A DNA stretch of 64,000 nt from positions 180,916,001 to 180,980,000 of the forward strand of contig NC_091473.1 in the NCBI RefSeq assembly GCF_036971445.1, given 5' to 3'. Origin of the DNA: Narcine bancroftii (lineage: Eukaryota). Each line of letters begins with the position of its first letter. Positions within the stretch are counted from its first letter, which is position 1. Both the position numbers and the translations under genes were made by a program. The notes below the pieces were generated by a model that was not told the origin of the DNA, searched no databases, and worked only from the letters and a program-made list of their open reading frames with translations. Positions 1 to 13,600 of this stretch are shown here, piece by piece.

Positions 1-705
1 TGGTAGTGGCCTGTTGCAGGGGTAACTGATTGGTGGTGTCCTGTTGTAGGGGTAAGTGATTGGTGAGTCACTGTTGGAGGGGTAAGTGATGGGTGGGGTC
101 CCTTTACAGGGTTAAGTGATTGATGGAGGCCTATTGGAGGGGTAAGTGATTGGTGGGGCCCTGTTTGAGGGGTAAATGACTGGCGGGTTCTGTTGGAGAG
201 GTGTGATTGATGGTGTCCTGTTCGAGGGGTAAATGATTGGCGGGTCCTGTTGGAGTGGTACATGATTGCCGGGATTCTGTTGGAGGGGTAAGTGATTGGC
301 AGGATCCTGTTGGAGTGGTAAGTGATTGGTGGGGTCCTGTTAGAGGGGTAAATGATTGGTGGGGTTCTGTTGGAGGGGTGTGATTGGTGAGGCCCTGATG
401 GAGGGGTAAGTAATTGGCAGGATCCTGTTGGAGTGGTAAGTGATTGGCAGGTCCTGTTGGAGGGTTAAGGGATTAGCAGTGTCGTGTTGGAGGGGTAAGT
501 GATTTGTGGGGCACTGTTGGAGGGGTAAATGATTGGCAGGACCTGTTGGAGGGGTAAGTATTTGGGCGGGTCCTGTTGGGTGTGTAAGAGGTTGGCGGTG
601 TCCTGTTGGAGAGGTGAGTGATTGGTGGGGGCCTGTTGGAGGGGTAAGTGATTGGTGGGGGCCTGTTGGAGGGGTAAGTGATTGGTGAGGCCTTGTTGGA
701 GAGGT
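1..705. repeat. Degenerate ~30-bp minisatellite (ggggtcctgttggaggggtaagtgattggt)n
   Basis: Unit repeats about 23 times with substitutions; explains the repetitive ORF 465..944. Confidence 0.95.
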
Positions 706-1669
706 GGGGGGAAATTAAATGCTTTTATTGACCTGTGCAGACTTTCATTCAGAAACAGGCAGTGAAGTTGAGGCTCCTGCCGACTCCCATGTCCACCCTT
801 CGATCTGGAAATGTGCCATGAGTCAAAGGAGAAATTGCAGTTTCGGATACGTTCTTTTGGTGGGGGGATGGGCACTGGCTCAGTCTGGTAAGAATTGCTA
901 TCTGTGAATAATTGGGCTAGAAGATCTGATAATGAATGTTGCACAATTCCACGTTGTTGCCGTTGCCTCCCTTATCACTGGACGGGCCATTTTAATGAGG
1001 TGGTGGGGGGCAGGAGCCGCCCCTCCCTCTCGGAATCAGCTGTGTCTGAGATGACAGAATGTCTGAATTTGTAAAAACTTCATTCTTTCACACTCAAATG
1101 AAACTTGATGGGATGTGCCCGATTAACTCATTTCTGGTGTTTCCCTTTCTTCTGAGTGGGGGCTGTTTGTGTTCGACAGTCACCTGTGGAGAGGGGAGGG
1201 GGGTGTGGTGGTTGGGGGGGAGATCGATCATTAGCCGAGTGGGATCCTTTTTAATGTAACACAGTTTACGATTTGTTGCTACTTTATTTTACTGTCATGT
1301 ACCTATGGAGCATTTATTGGCTAGAACCAATAAAAATATTGGAAAAGAAGTCTGTTGTTAAGAAAGAAACAAACGTCTTTAAGACCTTCTGTATGGGGGG
1401 TGGGGGGGATGGAGGTGTTTATAGATTGGACATTCACATCTTCTCCCCCCACACCACCTTCCCCCCCTCCACCCCCCTTCTGTATCTGCGTCTCTCGCCT
1501 CTTTTAAAACTGTAGAACCTGGGTCGCCTTCCAGGGACTCGGGGCATAGATGCTGGTCTCTCTCTCTGTATCTCTGTATCTCTCTCCTTCTCTCCTTTCT
1601 CTATCCCCCCTCCCTCTCTCCATCTTCTTTCCCTCTCTGCTTTCTCTCTCATTCTTCCTCAAACTCTCC

Positions 1670-2035
1670 CCCCTCCTCCTCACCGTCGAGAACATCTACG
1701 GGGAACGCTGCCATCGGAGAGCAGCAGCGATCATCAAGGATCCAACCCACCCAGCACACGCTCTGCCATCAAGAAAGAGGTCCAGGTGGCACCAGGTTCA
1801 GGAACAGCCGCTCCCCCTCCACCATCAGACTCTTCAACAACCAACTCAGTCAGGGACTCGTTCAGGGACCCTTACTGTGCACATTATTGATGTTCTTTCT
1901 CTCTGTATTGCACAGTTTGTTTCCATTTATTTTTCTGTTTATATGTGTACGTTGTGTACAGTTTTTCACATTGCCAATAAGTGTTAATTTTGCCTGGCCC
2001 ACAGGAAAAAAGCATCTCAGGGTTGTATGTGATAT
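1670..2035 (+). mobile_element. Rex1/Babar-type LINE 3' fragment
   Basis: Translates to IYGERCHRRAAAIIKDPTHPAH, a motif typical of the Rex1-type ORF C-terminus, followed by a 3'-UTR-like tail. Confidence 0.65.
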
Positions 2036-2940
2036 TGTTCAATATGAAATACGGGTAGGACATTTGGATGGATCCATGGATGGACAGTTTAGAGGGGCAT
2101 GGGGCAGGTGGGACCAGTATGGGTGGGATTTTTGGAAGATTCCATGGATAGGATGGGTTTAGGGGACAAGGGGCAGGTGAGGGTGAGACATTTTGGTCAG
2201 TGTGGAAGGGCCTGTTTGCTGGATAACTGATTCCGATTCTCAGAAGTCACAGATTCCTCCCCATCCCAGTTTTCATGACATCCACTCGCCTTCATCATAC
2301 CCATAAACCTACCCCCAACCTCCCCCTGCCCTGTCAATCCTTCTTGGGCATTTATCTGTGCCATTGAGCGAGGGGTCGGAGACATCCCCACTGGAGTGAA
2401 ACACGAAAGGTCTGCAGACGTTGTGATTGTGGTAAAAACACACATTAAATGCTGGGGAACCAGCCGGGTCCACAGGAGGTAAAGATATATCCACAACATT
2501 TCAGGCTGAGCCCTCCCTCAAGGTACGAGTCCTCCTCTGTCCTTCTTCTAGACTAGACTAGACCTGGAACCTTGTGCCAACCCAGAGGTCCTAGCAGGGG
2601 TCATTGAGCTCATACCCCAGGAGATTCCCCAACTTGTGCACACAAAGGGTTAACATGCTCAAGGCCAGGCCATCTCCACATGGACACAGGTGATCCCGTG
2701 AAGTCATTAGTCTAATGACTGGGGTCAGCAGTATATCATGCAGGTTGGGCGAAGATTCTCTGTTAATTGTTGTGTCTGGAGGAAACATTGGACAAGATTG
2801 GTCAGTGTCTGGTCTTTGGCTGAGTTTGGATGAATTTCTATTTCTGCGATATTGACAACCAGCGTTAGATTCCTCTCTGTGATGGGAGAGGTTAGGGGGA
2901 GGAAGGGGGATGCGTGGGTGGGGGGGAAGGGGGATGCGTA

Positions 2941-3140
2941 NNNNNNNNNNNNNNNNNNNNNNNNNNNNNNNNNNNNNNNNNNNNNNNNNNNNNNNNNNNN
3001 NNNNNNNNNNNNNNNNNNNNNNNNNNNNNNNNNNNNNNNNNNNNNNNNNNNNNNNNNNNNNNNNNNNNNNNNNNNNNNNNNNNNNNNNNNNNNNNNNNNN
3101 NNNNNNNNNNNNNNNNNNNNNNNNNNNNNNNNNNNNNNNN
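2941..3140. other. Assembly gap (200 N)
   Basis: Run of N. Confidence 1.
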
Positions 3141-3452
3141 TTGACTCCCATTCCCTGAGATCCAGGCAGCTCATTTGACGGACCCTGCCCCTTCCAACTT
3201 GCCCCACCATTGGGTGGGACAAGGGGGTGGGGGGTGGTGATGCGGGGAAGGGGCAGTGAGAAGGGGAAGGGGTGGCGAGGAGGGAATGGGCAGCAAAGAA
3301 GGTAGGGGCGGAGAGGAGGAAGGGGCAGCAAGGAGGGAAGAGGCGGCGAGGAGGGAGGGATGGCGAGGAGGGAGGGGCCACTTTCTCTCCTGTGTTCCTT
3401 CTGTTGAGATGGACCTATAATTGTGCCACCCCTCCCCTCTCACCCCACCCAG

Positions 3453-4158
3453 GTGATGGAGGACTGGGATATACGGAGTTCAATGATGATCGCGTCTCCC
3501 TACGGAATCTCCACCTCAAACAGAACTCTCCCTCAGAGGAGGAATCTTGCCCCCAACAGATCCCCAGCTCACAGCCCTCAGTACGTCAGGTTCGGAGGGT
3601 GGGGAGTGGTGGGGAAGGGGTGGGGTCTGTGAGGAGTGGTGGGGAAGGGGTGGGGTCTGTGAGGAGTGGTGGGGAAGGGGGTGGGGTCCATGTGGAGTGG
3701 TGGGGAAGGGGTTGGGTCCACGGGAAGAGGTGGGGAAGGGTCTGTGGGGTTGTGGGGTCCGTGGGGAGTGATGGGAGGGAGTGGAGTCTGCTGGGAGTGA
3801 GGGGGGTGGTGTCTACGTGGAGTGAGAGGGAAGGGATGGGGTCTATAGGGAGTGAGGGGAACGACTAGGGTCCATGGAAAGGGGTGGGGTCCATGGGGAG
3901 TGTTGGGGAAGGGGTGGGGTCTGTGGGGAGTGAGGGTGAAGGCTACGGTCCATGGGGAAGTGGTGGGAAGGGGTGGCATCTAATGGGGAGTGGTGGGGAA
4001 GGGCTGGTGTCTGTCCGGGAGGAGGCGAAGGGCTGGGGTTCGCCAGGAACCAGCGTAATTCCAGATTTACCTCTTCCCTCAGCCCAGGAAACTCCAACCG
4101 CCATCCTTCGAACCAAACTCCGGACCTTCTCAAGGCCAGAAAGGCCACCATGGTGTGA
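3453..4158 (+). CDS. Putative last two coding exons (3453-3580, 4083-4158) of a plus-strand gene, possibly VSIG10L-like cytoplasmic tail
   Basis: Pyrimidine-tract acceptors (cccacccag|, cttccctcag|), donor CA|gtacgt, and phases join (0->2->stop) to give ...SPYGISTSNRTLPQRRNLAPNRSPAHSPHPGNSNRHPSNQTPDLLKARKATMV*. AATAAA at 5489-5494. Identity rests only on synteny and the C-terminus. Confidence 0.35.
3595..4005. repeat. G-rich ~30-bp minisatellite (ggagtggtggggaaggggtggggtctgtg)n
   Basis: Visible tandem units. Confidence 0.85.
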
Positions 4159-4749
4159 TGAAGATCCCTCCCAATTCCACCATCCATCACCCCCCCTCAG
4201 AACTCCCCATTCACCAACCCCCTCCTGCTCCACCAAAAGGGGTCTTGGAGACCTGCATCCCCCATCTTCTCGACTCCTCCGAGACGGGTTCGTGGTCTTG
4301 CAGGACGGTTGGGAAAGCACTTCTCCCTTTGCAAGGACTGAGCCTGACTTTCGGGACCATCCTGGGGACGATCGAGTCAACTTGAAGCTGAGAGGGCACC
4401 TTTAAAAGTTTAGCCAGTGTGAAATTCTCCAGAGAAGAGGAGATTATTTGCCCAATACCTCCAGAGGTGGGAGAGCCGTCTATTCTACTGGAAAATAACA
4501 GATTTTTTTTTGAAAAAGGCAAACTATTATTTAGATGGGGAGAAAATTCAAAATTCCAAGATGCAAAGGGCCTAGGGTTTGGCCAATGTTTCGGGCCTGA
4601 GACCTTTAAGGAATGAACAAAAAAGTAGGAAATCACAGAGTTTGGACAGTGCCGGCCGGGAGAGGGACCAGACTAACAACATATGCTGAGGGACTAAGGA
4701 ATTGATCACGTCTGTGTGAAATGAGGCAGAGAAGGAAGTCACAGAGCTG

Positions 4750-5110
4750 GGGGAAGAGGGTGGGGGGAGTTTAACCAAAGCCAGACAAGTTGATGTCAAC
4801 GCCATCTGATGGAAGATGAGGTGTTGTTCCTCCAGTTTGCGGGTGGGCTCAGTCTGTGCGTGAACAAATGTGTCGGCCAGGGAATGGGGCGGGGAATTGA
4901 AATGGGCAGCCTCTGGGAAATCCACGCTATTGCAACGGACGGGGCTGAAGGGGTCAGTGAAGCGACCTCCCAGTCTGTGTCCGGTCTATCTGATGTAGAG
5001 GAGATCCCATCAGGAGCAGAGTTTGCAGTGGACAATCCACCCCTCCCCACAGATTCACCGTGAAATGTTGCTTCACTGGGAAGGACAGTCTGGGGCCCCA
5101 AATGGGGGTG
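4750..5110 (-). mobile_element. Penelope-like element fragment (GIY-YIG endonuclease region)
   Basis: Minus frames give DFPEAAHFNSPPHS and TRKLEEQHLIFH, typical of Penelope/Poseidon C-termini. Similar remnants near 27920-28060 and 41320-41470. Confidence 0.7.
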
Positions 5111-5649
5111 AGGGAGGGGGTGTGGGGGCAAGTGGAGTGTTTCCTGCGGTCACGGGGGGGGGAAGGGGGTAGGTATCAAGGGGGGTGATTGATGGGGAGG
5201 GAGAGGAGTGGAAAAGGGCGTCCCTGCAGAAGGAAAGTGGAGAGAACCTGTGGACACTGCGAGACCAGCCGGGATCCTCCAGCATCTCCGTGTGGAGAAG
5301 AAGGGTGCGGATGTGGAGTGCATGGACTAAGTCCTCCCAGGGGAGAGTTACCTCACTCCACTGACCCATGACATATCCCACAGCATCCCCAGGCTCCTAC
5401 AAACACCCCCACCCCCACTTCTTGTCAAGGTTTTCAAATGCTGGTCTTGTAAATGCTTGTGTATTTAATCAGAGACAAACATATTTTTAATAAACTTCTA
5501 TTTGCACATCTCAGTGTTGAGGACTCTCAGTGGGGTAAGGGAAACTCAAACACAGATGGGAGGGAGGGGCTGTGAAGAGGGATCATCACACAATCCAGGC
5601 CTTGACTGCCCCTGCCATCTTCTCCATTAACCCCATTGTGGTCCCACAC

Positions 5650-5940
5650 ACACCTCCCTGTCTCTGTAACTCCCTCCAGTCACCTACACCCCTCCCTGTC
5701 TCTGTAACCCCCTCCGATCCCCTACGTCCCTCCCCGTCTCTGTGTCCCCTCCGGTCCCGTACACCCATCCCCATATCTGTAACGCCCTCCGGTCCTGTAC
5801 ACCCCTCCCCATCTCTGTAACCCCCCTCTGGTCCTCTACACCCCTCCCTGTCTCTATAACTCTGGTCCTCTACACCCCTCCCTGTCTCTATAACCTCCTC
5901 CAGTCCCCCACATTCCGCCCTGTATCTGTAACTCCTGTAC
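5650..5940. repeat. ~37-bp dispersed minisatellite (ccctgtctctgtaaccccctccggtcccctacacccct)n
   Basis: Same unit recurs at 15120-15380, 16240-16860 (reverse), 17225-17335 and 55990-56160. Confidence 0.9.
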
Positions 5941-6322
5941 CATGGGGATCAATTCTGGCAAAATTATTCCAGTCAAAACACATTGAAAGAGACAACTTTA
6001 AAAAAAAAGACTCGTTTAATAGATGCAGTGAGAAGAATACACAATGTTGACAGGAATCAAACTTCACAACCACTTGGTTTACAAACAATTTCATTCATTA
6101 AATATTTTTCTTTTTTCAAACTTTAGAATCAGAAGCATGCACTTTGATGCTTGGGGAATGTTCTTACCCCCACCCCTCTCTGCAGCGGAAGATGGCGTTC
6201 CTGAGGCCATTCTGCCTGTCACAACACAAACTATCCCACTCGCTATCTTCCTACTGTCAGGACAGACAGGGTGGTTGGAGTTTCTTCTGGACCTTGCTTC
6301 TGTACTGGAGAGAGAGGAGGAG

Positions 6323-6359
<37 letters not shown>

Positions 6360-7669
6360 AAGAGGGGAGGAAGCGAGAGGGGAGAGATAGGGGGAAGGGG
6401 GAAGAGAAAGAGAGGGATGGGGAAGAGAAAAGTCTCTCATCACCTCCCTTTCCATCCCTGCCCCCTCCATAAAAGAAATTTCCCCTGAAGGTTGGGCACA
6501 TGAGAAATTATTTCAACCCCAGAAGGAAAACAGCCCCCCCACATCAAACCTCCCCCACCAGTGCTGCTCCTGGGATTTGCTGGGCTTCTCCATGAATAGA
6601 AGGAGAGATATTGAGATTTAGAGGGAGAGCGCAATATCGAGGGAGAGCGCGATTTAGAGGGAGAAAGATTTAGAGGGGGAGAGAGATTTAGAAGGGGATA
6701 GATTCTGAGACTGAAAGGTACAGAGTCGACATTTGCAGGTGAAATTGTACTGTAGAAATATAGACCTTCCGCCTTTGAACATTGGAAGACGCAGGGATTC
6801 GTGACTCAGCCTGTTCTGGGACAAGGAGGGCTTGGAGAGGAAGCATCGGTACGGCCACGCCAGTGTGGCTTGTTCCCAATCTCCTCTGGATCTTACCTTG
6901 CCAAGGGTGGCAGAGCCCCAGCGACTGGGATTTCAAGCTGGACTGGAGACAGGAATGTCCCCCCCACCCACTTTCTGGTATTGGAAGACGGAGGAATTTT
7001 ATTGTTTCGGCAATGGCTGGGGCATTGGGGCCTTCCCCACAACCCTTAAGGCTGAGGGAGGATGTCTGTTGTGCCGGGAGGGGTGCAAGGGACAACGTCT
7101 AACCTATTCATGGACGGCAGTCATCAAAGAAAGGAGCCAGGGCTCAGGCCACACACCAGGCCCAGCAGTGGTAAATGACCAGGCCAACAGATAAGGCCTC
7201 AGGCCACACTCCAGGCCCTGCAGTGGTAAATCACCATGGTAATGGGTAAGGCCTCAGGCCCCACTCCAGGCCTGCAGTGGCTCAGCTTAGTTCACAGGCT
7301 GAAGGTGGAACTCACTCAGTGTTCATGGCGAGAGTCCGTTAAGTTAGCGACGGTCAACTACACAGGAGAACAGGCTGAAGGTGTAAGGGGTTGGGTCCAA
7401 AGAGATCCTGTCCCGCACCTGTTCAAACAAAATGACCACAACTCCCATCATGCATTGGTAAAACACTGGAAACAGAGGGGAGCAAGGTCTACAGGCCGAA
7501 TCTGGGTCAAGGTGGAGTGCCCAGGCAGGGGACGTGCCCAAGGCGAGGTGGGACCATCAGCCTTCCCAACCCCTCATGGATCCAGGGCAAGGTGGGACCA
7601 TCCCCTCCCCGTGGACTCCCATCCCACCTCCGGTCACCTCCCACCCTAGTTCCCCAACCCCCAAAAGAC

Positions 7670-10600
7670 TCAGTCAGTGTTACAGGAAGCAAGGTAGGTG
7701 AGGGTCATGAGGAAGAACCAGAGACCCCTTGAGATGGCAGGCCGGAGTCCTTCTGATGGAGGCCCACCTGCAAAAAGGGAGAGAGAAAGATGGTGGGGGG
7801 GGGGGCAGGGGAGAGAGAATCATAAATACAACAGATTATGTTCTCCAACCTCTTCCCTGCCCATTCTCTGCAACCACCCCCTCCTTCCCCATCCATGCAC
7901 AAGCCCCTCCACCATCCACACCACTCGACCTGCCCCTCCTACATCTATCCAAAGTGGCCCTCCCGCTCCCCCTCGGGAATTCCAGAGGTGGGGTGGAAGA
8001 CTCACCGTGAAGAAACATGCTGGCATTCATCGCCCCGAGTCTGTTGGAGGCCACACAAGTGTAGTTGCCGTAACTTTCCTGAGACACATTAAGGAACATC
8101 AGAAGGGACCGTGTTCGATCCTGCTGAATCCGCAAACCTTCTATCGCTCCCGACAGCCTGGAGATCAAAGGCACATACCACGTAGGCCTGAGTGAAGCTC
8201 CCTCCACACTGTCCCATCACACAATCCCGGGGTCAGACACAGAGTAAGCTCCCTCCACACTATCTGCACGAACACTGCACATAATTCTCTAAATCTGGCC
8301 TCACCAATGCCTTATACAATTTCACCTTAACATCCCAGCTCCTGGAGTCAGTACTTTGATTTATGAAGGCCAATATGCCAAAAGTTCTTGTTTCAACCCT
8401 GTCCACCTGTGTCACCCTTTCAGAGAATTCTCTGACCACCCCACTCCCACCCAGGACCCGACTTCCCTGCTCCTGCCCGGGACCCGACCTCCCCACTCCT
8501 GCCGGGACCCAACAGTCCCCGCCCCTGCCCAGGACCTGACTTTCCCGCTTCCCCCCCCCCCCCCCCCCCCCCCCACCCAGGACTGACATCCCCGTTCCCG
8601 ATGATCCCCACTCCTGCGTGACACCACTCCCTTCCCGCCCCCTGGGTTAAACCCTACTCAGCCTAATGGTTAATCGACTACTGCCTTTGGTGCGCGGCTC
8701 AGGAGTTTGGATGATCGGAGAGAATTTGTCCTCCATCCATTGCATGGAGTCTGGTGCCAAGGAACTTACTTCTCGTCCCTCTGACTTTATGAGAAGGGAG
8801 GTTGTGGGCCAAAGAATGCAGAACATTCAGTAGAAATGAGGAGCCTGAGTATTTGTCCCACCGAAAATGATCTGCCAGGCGAGGCAGGATGGTCAGGGAG
8901 TGGACCAGAGAGCAGACATGGACACTGGTGGGGGGGGGGGGGAGCTGCTCTGGGGGTAGCAGACATGGACACGGGGGGCTGCTCTGGGTAGCAGACATGG
9001 ACACGGGGGCTGCTCTGGGGTAGCAGACATGGACACTTGGGGGGAAAAGGAGCTGCTCTGGGGATAGCAGACATGGACATGGGGGAAATGGGGGAGCTGC
9101 TCTGGGGATAGCAGACATGGACACGGGGGGCTGCTCTGGGGTAGCAGACATGGACACGGGGGCTGCTCTGGGGTAGCAGACATGGACACTTGGGGGGGAA
9201 AAGGAGCTGCTCTGGGGATAGCAGACATGGACATGGGGGAAATGGGGGAGCTGCTCTGGGGATAGCAGACATGGACATGGGGGAGATGGGGGAGGGAAGT
9301 TCACTGTCTGATCAGATGCACAACCTGTGAGGTCCTTGTCCTGAGCTGGAAGATGCTTCCGGTTCGGGATGACGTCTTACATGGCCGAGCCTTGGTTCGA
9401 TCTGCAACTGTGTTGCCAAACTGACAGAGGGGAGTGAGCATTGGAGGAAATTCCTCGCTTGCTCTCTGTGGAAGGGTATTAACCTCGTGGGGATACTGCG
9501 AGGGGTGGGGTGGGGGGATACAGAAGACACAGAGGGTTCAGAATGTGGAGATACATTACGACGCAATGCATGGTGGATACAGTGGCAGGAAGGGGAATCC
9601 CCCCCCCAAGCCTGCTCCAACTCCACCATTCAACTACTGACTCATTATCTGCTATCTGTTGTGGCTCCCCCTAACGTTAGAACCTCGCTTCGCCCCTGCC
9701 CTCTGGCTTCTCCCATCCAGCCAGTTCACCACTTCACCATGAATAATGAGCGTCTCAACCTTCCTGACTAACCTCCCCTGTGGGACCTCATCAAAGTCCC
9801 TGTAGACAACAGCCCCAGTCATTCCTTCATCAATGCTCCTGGTAACATCGTCAAAAAACTCTAAGATTGGTTAAATGCAGCCTACCTCACACAAAGCCAT
9901 GTTGACTCTCCCTAATCAGTTCCTGGGCATCCAAATAATTCTACATCTGATCTCTTAGAACACCTTCCATAATTTACCCACCACTGACGACGTCAGGCTC
10001 ACCCGCCTGTAATTTCTAGGGTTACTTTTGAGCCTTTTTTAAACAACGGAACAACGTGAGCTCCCCTCCGAAGCTCCAGCACCTCCCTCATGGATAAAGA
10101 GATTTTAAATTGCCCCTGCAATTTCTACACAGGCCTCTCTCAAGGTTTGAGGATCTTGTCAGCCCTGAGGATTTATCCACCTTTATTTGCTTTAAGGCAA
10201 CAGGCACTTCCTCCTCTTTAATCTGCAAGGGTTCCACAACCTCGCTGCTTGTTTTCCTTCCTTCCCACGACTGTGCACATTTTCAGCGTGAATTCTGATG
10301 CAGAATGCAGGCCCTTCGGCCCACAAAATTGTGCTAATCATGTCCCTCCCTTACAAATGATTAGGCTTACCCATAGCCCTCGATTTTTCTCACCTCCAGC
10401 CTACATGTACATATCCAAAAATTTCCCTATCGTATCCACCTCCAGACACATTCCACTCACCCAGCACGCTCCGTATAAAAAAAACTCACCCCTGACATCT
10501 CTGTACCTACTCCCAACACCTTGTGGAAAACATTTCCACCCTGGGGAAAAGCCTCTGTCAAGATCCTTTCCCACAGTACATGCTGAGGTAAAGTTTTCAT

Positions 10601-13600
10601 TAAAGTGATTGCGATTCCCTCTGGTTCCATGCACATTTTCCCACTGATACGTCCAATTCTTTTACATTCCATCCTCTTACTTTCCACATACTTGGTAGAA
10701 GGCCTTGGGGATTCCCTTAATCCTGCTCCACCAAAGCTTTTAAAACTGTTGATCTGACCCAGTTCTCTGCTCCTTCTGTAAGCTCTTCTTTTCTACTTGA
10801 CTAGATTTAATACAGCCTTTGTTCAACATGGGTCCTGTCCCTACCATAACTTCCCTGTCTCATTGGAAAGGACCTATGAAAAGCTTCACACAAATAACCC
10901 CTGAACTGAACTTTCACCACATGCTTCTCCCCGAGAACATCTGTTCCCAATTTAAGCTCCCCATTTCCCGTCATAGTTCCCCTTCCTCTAATTAAGCTTC
11001 TCTCTCTCTCTCTCTCTCGCCAATGCTATTGTAAAGGAGATAGAATTAAGATCACGATCTCCAAAATGCTCTCCTACTGAGAGATCTGACACCAGACCAG
11101 GTTCGTTTCCCAACACCAACTCCAGTACAGACTCTCCTCTTATAGGCAAAAAACAGACCAAACAAACTCCAACCCTTTGCTCCAGACTAACCTCTTTTCT
11201 TTCTACTCACACCCTACTTTAAGTGATCCCTACACCATCTGTGATTAGTAAGGGATTGCTTAAGGTAGGACGTGAGTGGAAAGGGAAGATTGAGAATAAC
11301 TGCTCTAGACCTAATTGTGACTGGAATATTTTGCTTGAAAAAATTGCCATTGGCCCATTTCCTTTAGAGTTTTGAAACCGTGCACATAATGAGCCAATGA
11401 GGGACGATTAAAACTGGTTTCCAACTTTTTATTTTTGCTTTAGGTGTTATTTGGGGGGCAGAAAGAAAAAGTTTGAGAACCACTGCGGGAGATGCCAATC
11501 GAACGAGCCGTAGTACTCAAACAGATGATTCCTCACAAAATAGCGTTTGAGTCGGGTCTGTAGTTCAATGGTGGAGTTGGAGCAGGTTTGTGTGGGGGTG
11601 GGGGGCTTCCCCTTCCTGGAACTGTATCCAGCAATGGGTGGCCAACACTCAGAGATCAGTACCTGGAATATTCAGTTCCTGGTCGCCTCATGACAGAGAA
11701 GGATGTGGATGCTGTAGAGGGGGGGCAGAGGAGACTCACAAGGACACTGACTGGGTTGGAGGCCGCACCTCATGAGGAGAGGATGTGTGAACGTGGTCTT
11801 TTCTCCTGGGAGAGACGGAAGGCGAGGGTGACCTGATAGAGGTGGACAAGATGATGAGAGGCTTTGATTGTGTGGATGGCCAAAGGCTGAAATGGCCGAC
11901 ATGAGGGGGGCATAGTATTAAAGTAAGGAGAAAGTTCTTCACACAGTGAAGGGATGGGTAATGGAATGTGCTGCCGGTAACGGTTGTGGAGGGAGGGGCA
12001 ATAGGGTCTTTAGGAGACCAATAGACAGGTACAGGATCTGAGGAAAATGGAATGTTATTCAGCAGGGAAATTCTACACAGTTGTTAGACCAGGTTATCAA
12101 GTCAGCACAGCACTGTGGGCTGAAGGGCCTGGACTGTGCAGGAGATTTCAATGATATTTAGGAAATTAAAATCTCCCATCACGACATCTCTTATCCCATA
12201 TAGGCTTGAGTGAAGCTCCCTCCGCACCGTTCCATCACACACTCCCGGGGTCAGACACAGAGTGAAGCTCCCTCCGCACCATCCTGTCACACACTCCTGG
12301 GGTCGGACGCAGAGTGAAGCTCCCTCCGCACAGTCCCATCACACACTCTGTGGTCAAACACAGAGAAAAGCTCCTTCCCCTCACCTCTTCTCCTCCTTGA
12401 ACCACTGGAATTTGGCTGCAGGTACAGAGTGGGCCTCACATCGAAGCACAGCTGGATGTCCATTCCTGACTGTCACATTCCTCACGTCCGTGATCTCCGG
12501 TGCATCTTGAGGGTGCCATGAAATTCAGCCATGAGTATCTTAACCTGGAGGCTCGGGGGCGGTGGGTGCGGGGGATGAGCCCTTCTCGTCAATCCTCTTC
12601 CCAGCCACTCTCCCACCTTCTGCTCTCTCACCCTCAATCCACACCCACTCCATGGCCCCTTCCGTACCTGCCACCCTTCCCCACTCCCCTCTCCCATCCT
12701 CCATCCACCTCCCAACCCTTCCGCTCCTCTCCTCCTCCCCCACTCACCTCTCCCTCCCCACGCTCTCCCCTCCCCAGCACTCTTTCCCCAAACCCCTCCA
12801 CCCTCCCATTCCCCTCCCCCTGCCCCAACCCCCCCCTTGTCTCCCTCTTCCCTCCCCCTCCCACTCACAGTTGACGGTGAGCTGCACCCTCCGTGTGTCG
12901 GCCCGTCCCAGCCCATTGCTGCTACTGCACAGGTATTGCCCGGCCTGGAACCGCGACACCCCCGTGATCTCCAGGATCTCACCCTCATTCAGCAGGTACT
13001 CCTCTGTGGGTAGGAAGGGTGGGGTCAGAGATCCCATCCATCCCTCCCTTCCTCTCCCATTCCCTCCCTCTTCTCTCCACCTACCTCCCTTTATACCCTC
13101 TCTCCCTCCCATTCCCTCTTCTCTCCCACCTCTTTCTCTAACTCTCCCTCCTGTTCCATTGCTCCTTACCTTACCCTTCAATCTCCCCTATCGCCCTTCA
13201 CACCTCCATTCCCCTCCTCTTCCCCTCTCTTTCCACTCCCATCCCCTCCTCTCCCCTCTCTTCCCCTCCCCATCCCATCTCCCCTCCCCCTTTCCACTCC
13301 CCCTCCCCTTTTCACTCCCATCCTCCCACTTTCTCCCCTCCCTCCTCTCCCTGACTCCCTCCTCTCCATGACTCCCTCCTCTCCCTGACTCCCTCCTCTC
13401 CCTGACTCCCTCCCTCCTCTCCTCCCTCCCTCCCCTGACTTGCTTCTCTGCTGTATAATGTCCATTGCTGGTACTTCACTGACTCTATGCCTCCTTTCTT
13501 CAATTGGTTGGACCTCAGGATGGGAACAGACTCCCTTCTCTGATTCCCTGTTCCATAACCCCTTCCCAATCCACAAACCCCCCGCAGCCTATGACCCCCT

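Noticed and set aside
465-944. 159-aa ORF with LPLQQAPTNH repeats
   Set aside because: Translation of the 30-bp minisatellite.
2400-2530. Hydrophobic ORF start MLWIYLYLLW as a signal peptide or IGLON5 last exon
   Set aside because: Looks like the common Penelope/SINE-type terminal sequence (cctgaaatgttg..ccagcattt); a better last exon exists at 7670-7767.
8910-9282. CRISPR-like array of palindromic repeats
   Set aside because: Linkers are short, G-rich and related to each other rather than unique spacers; vertebrate intron; no cas genes.
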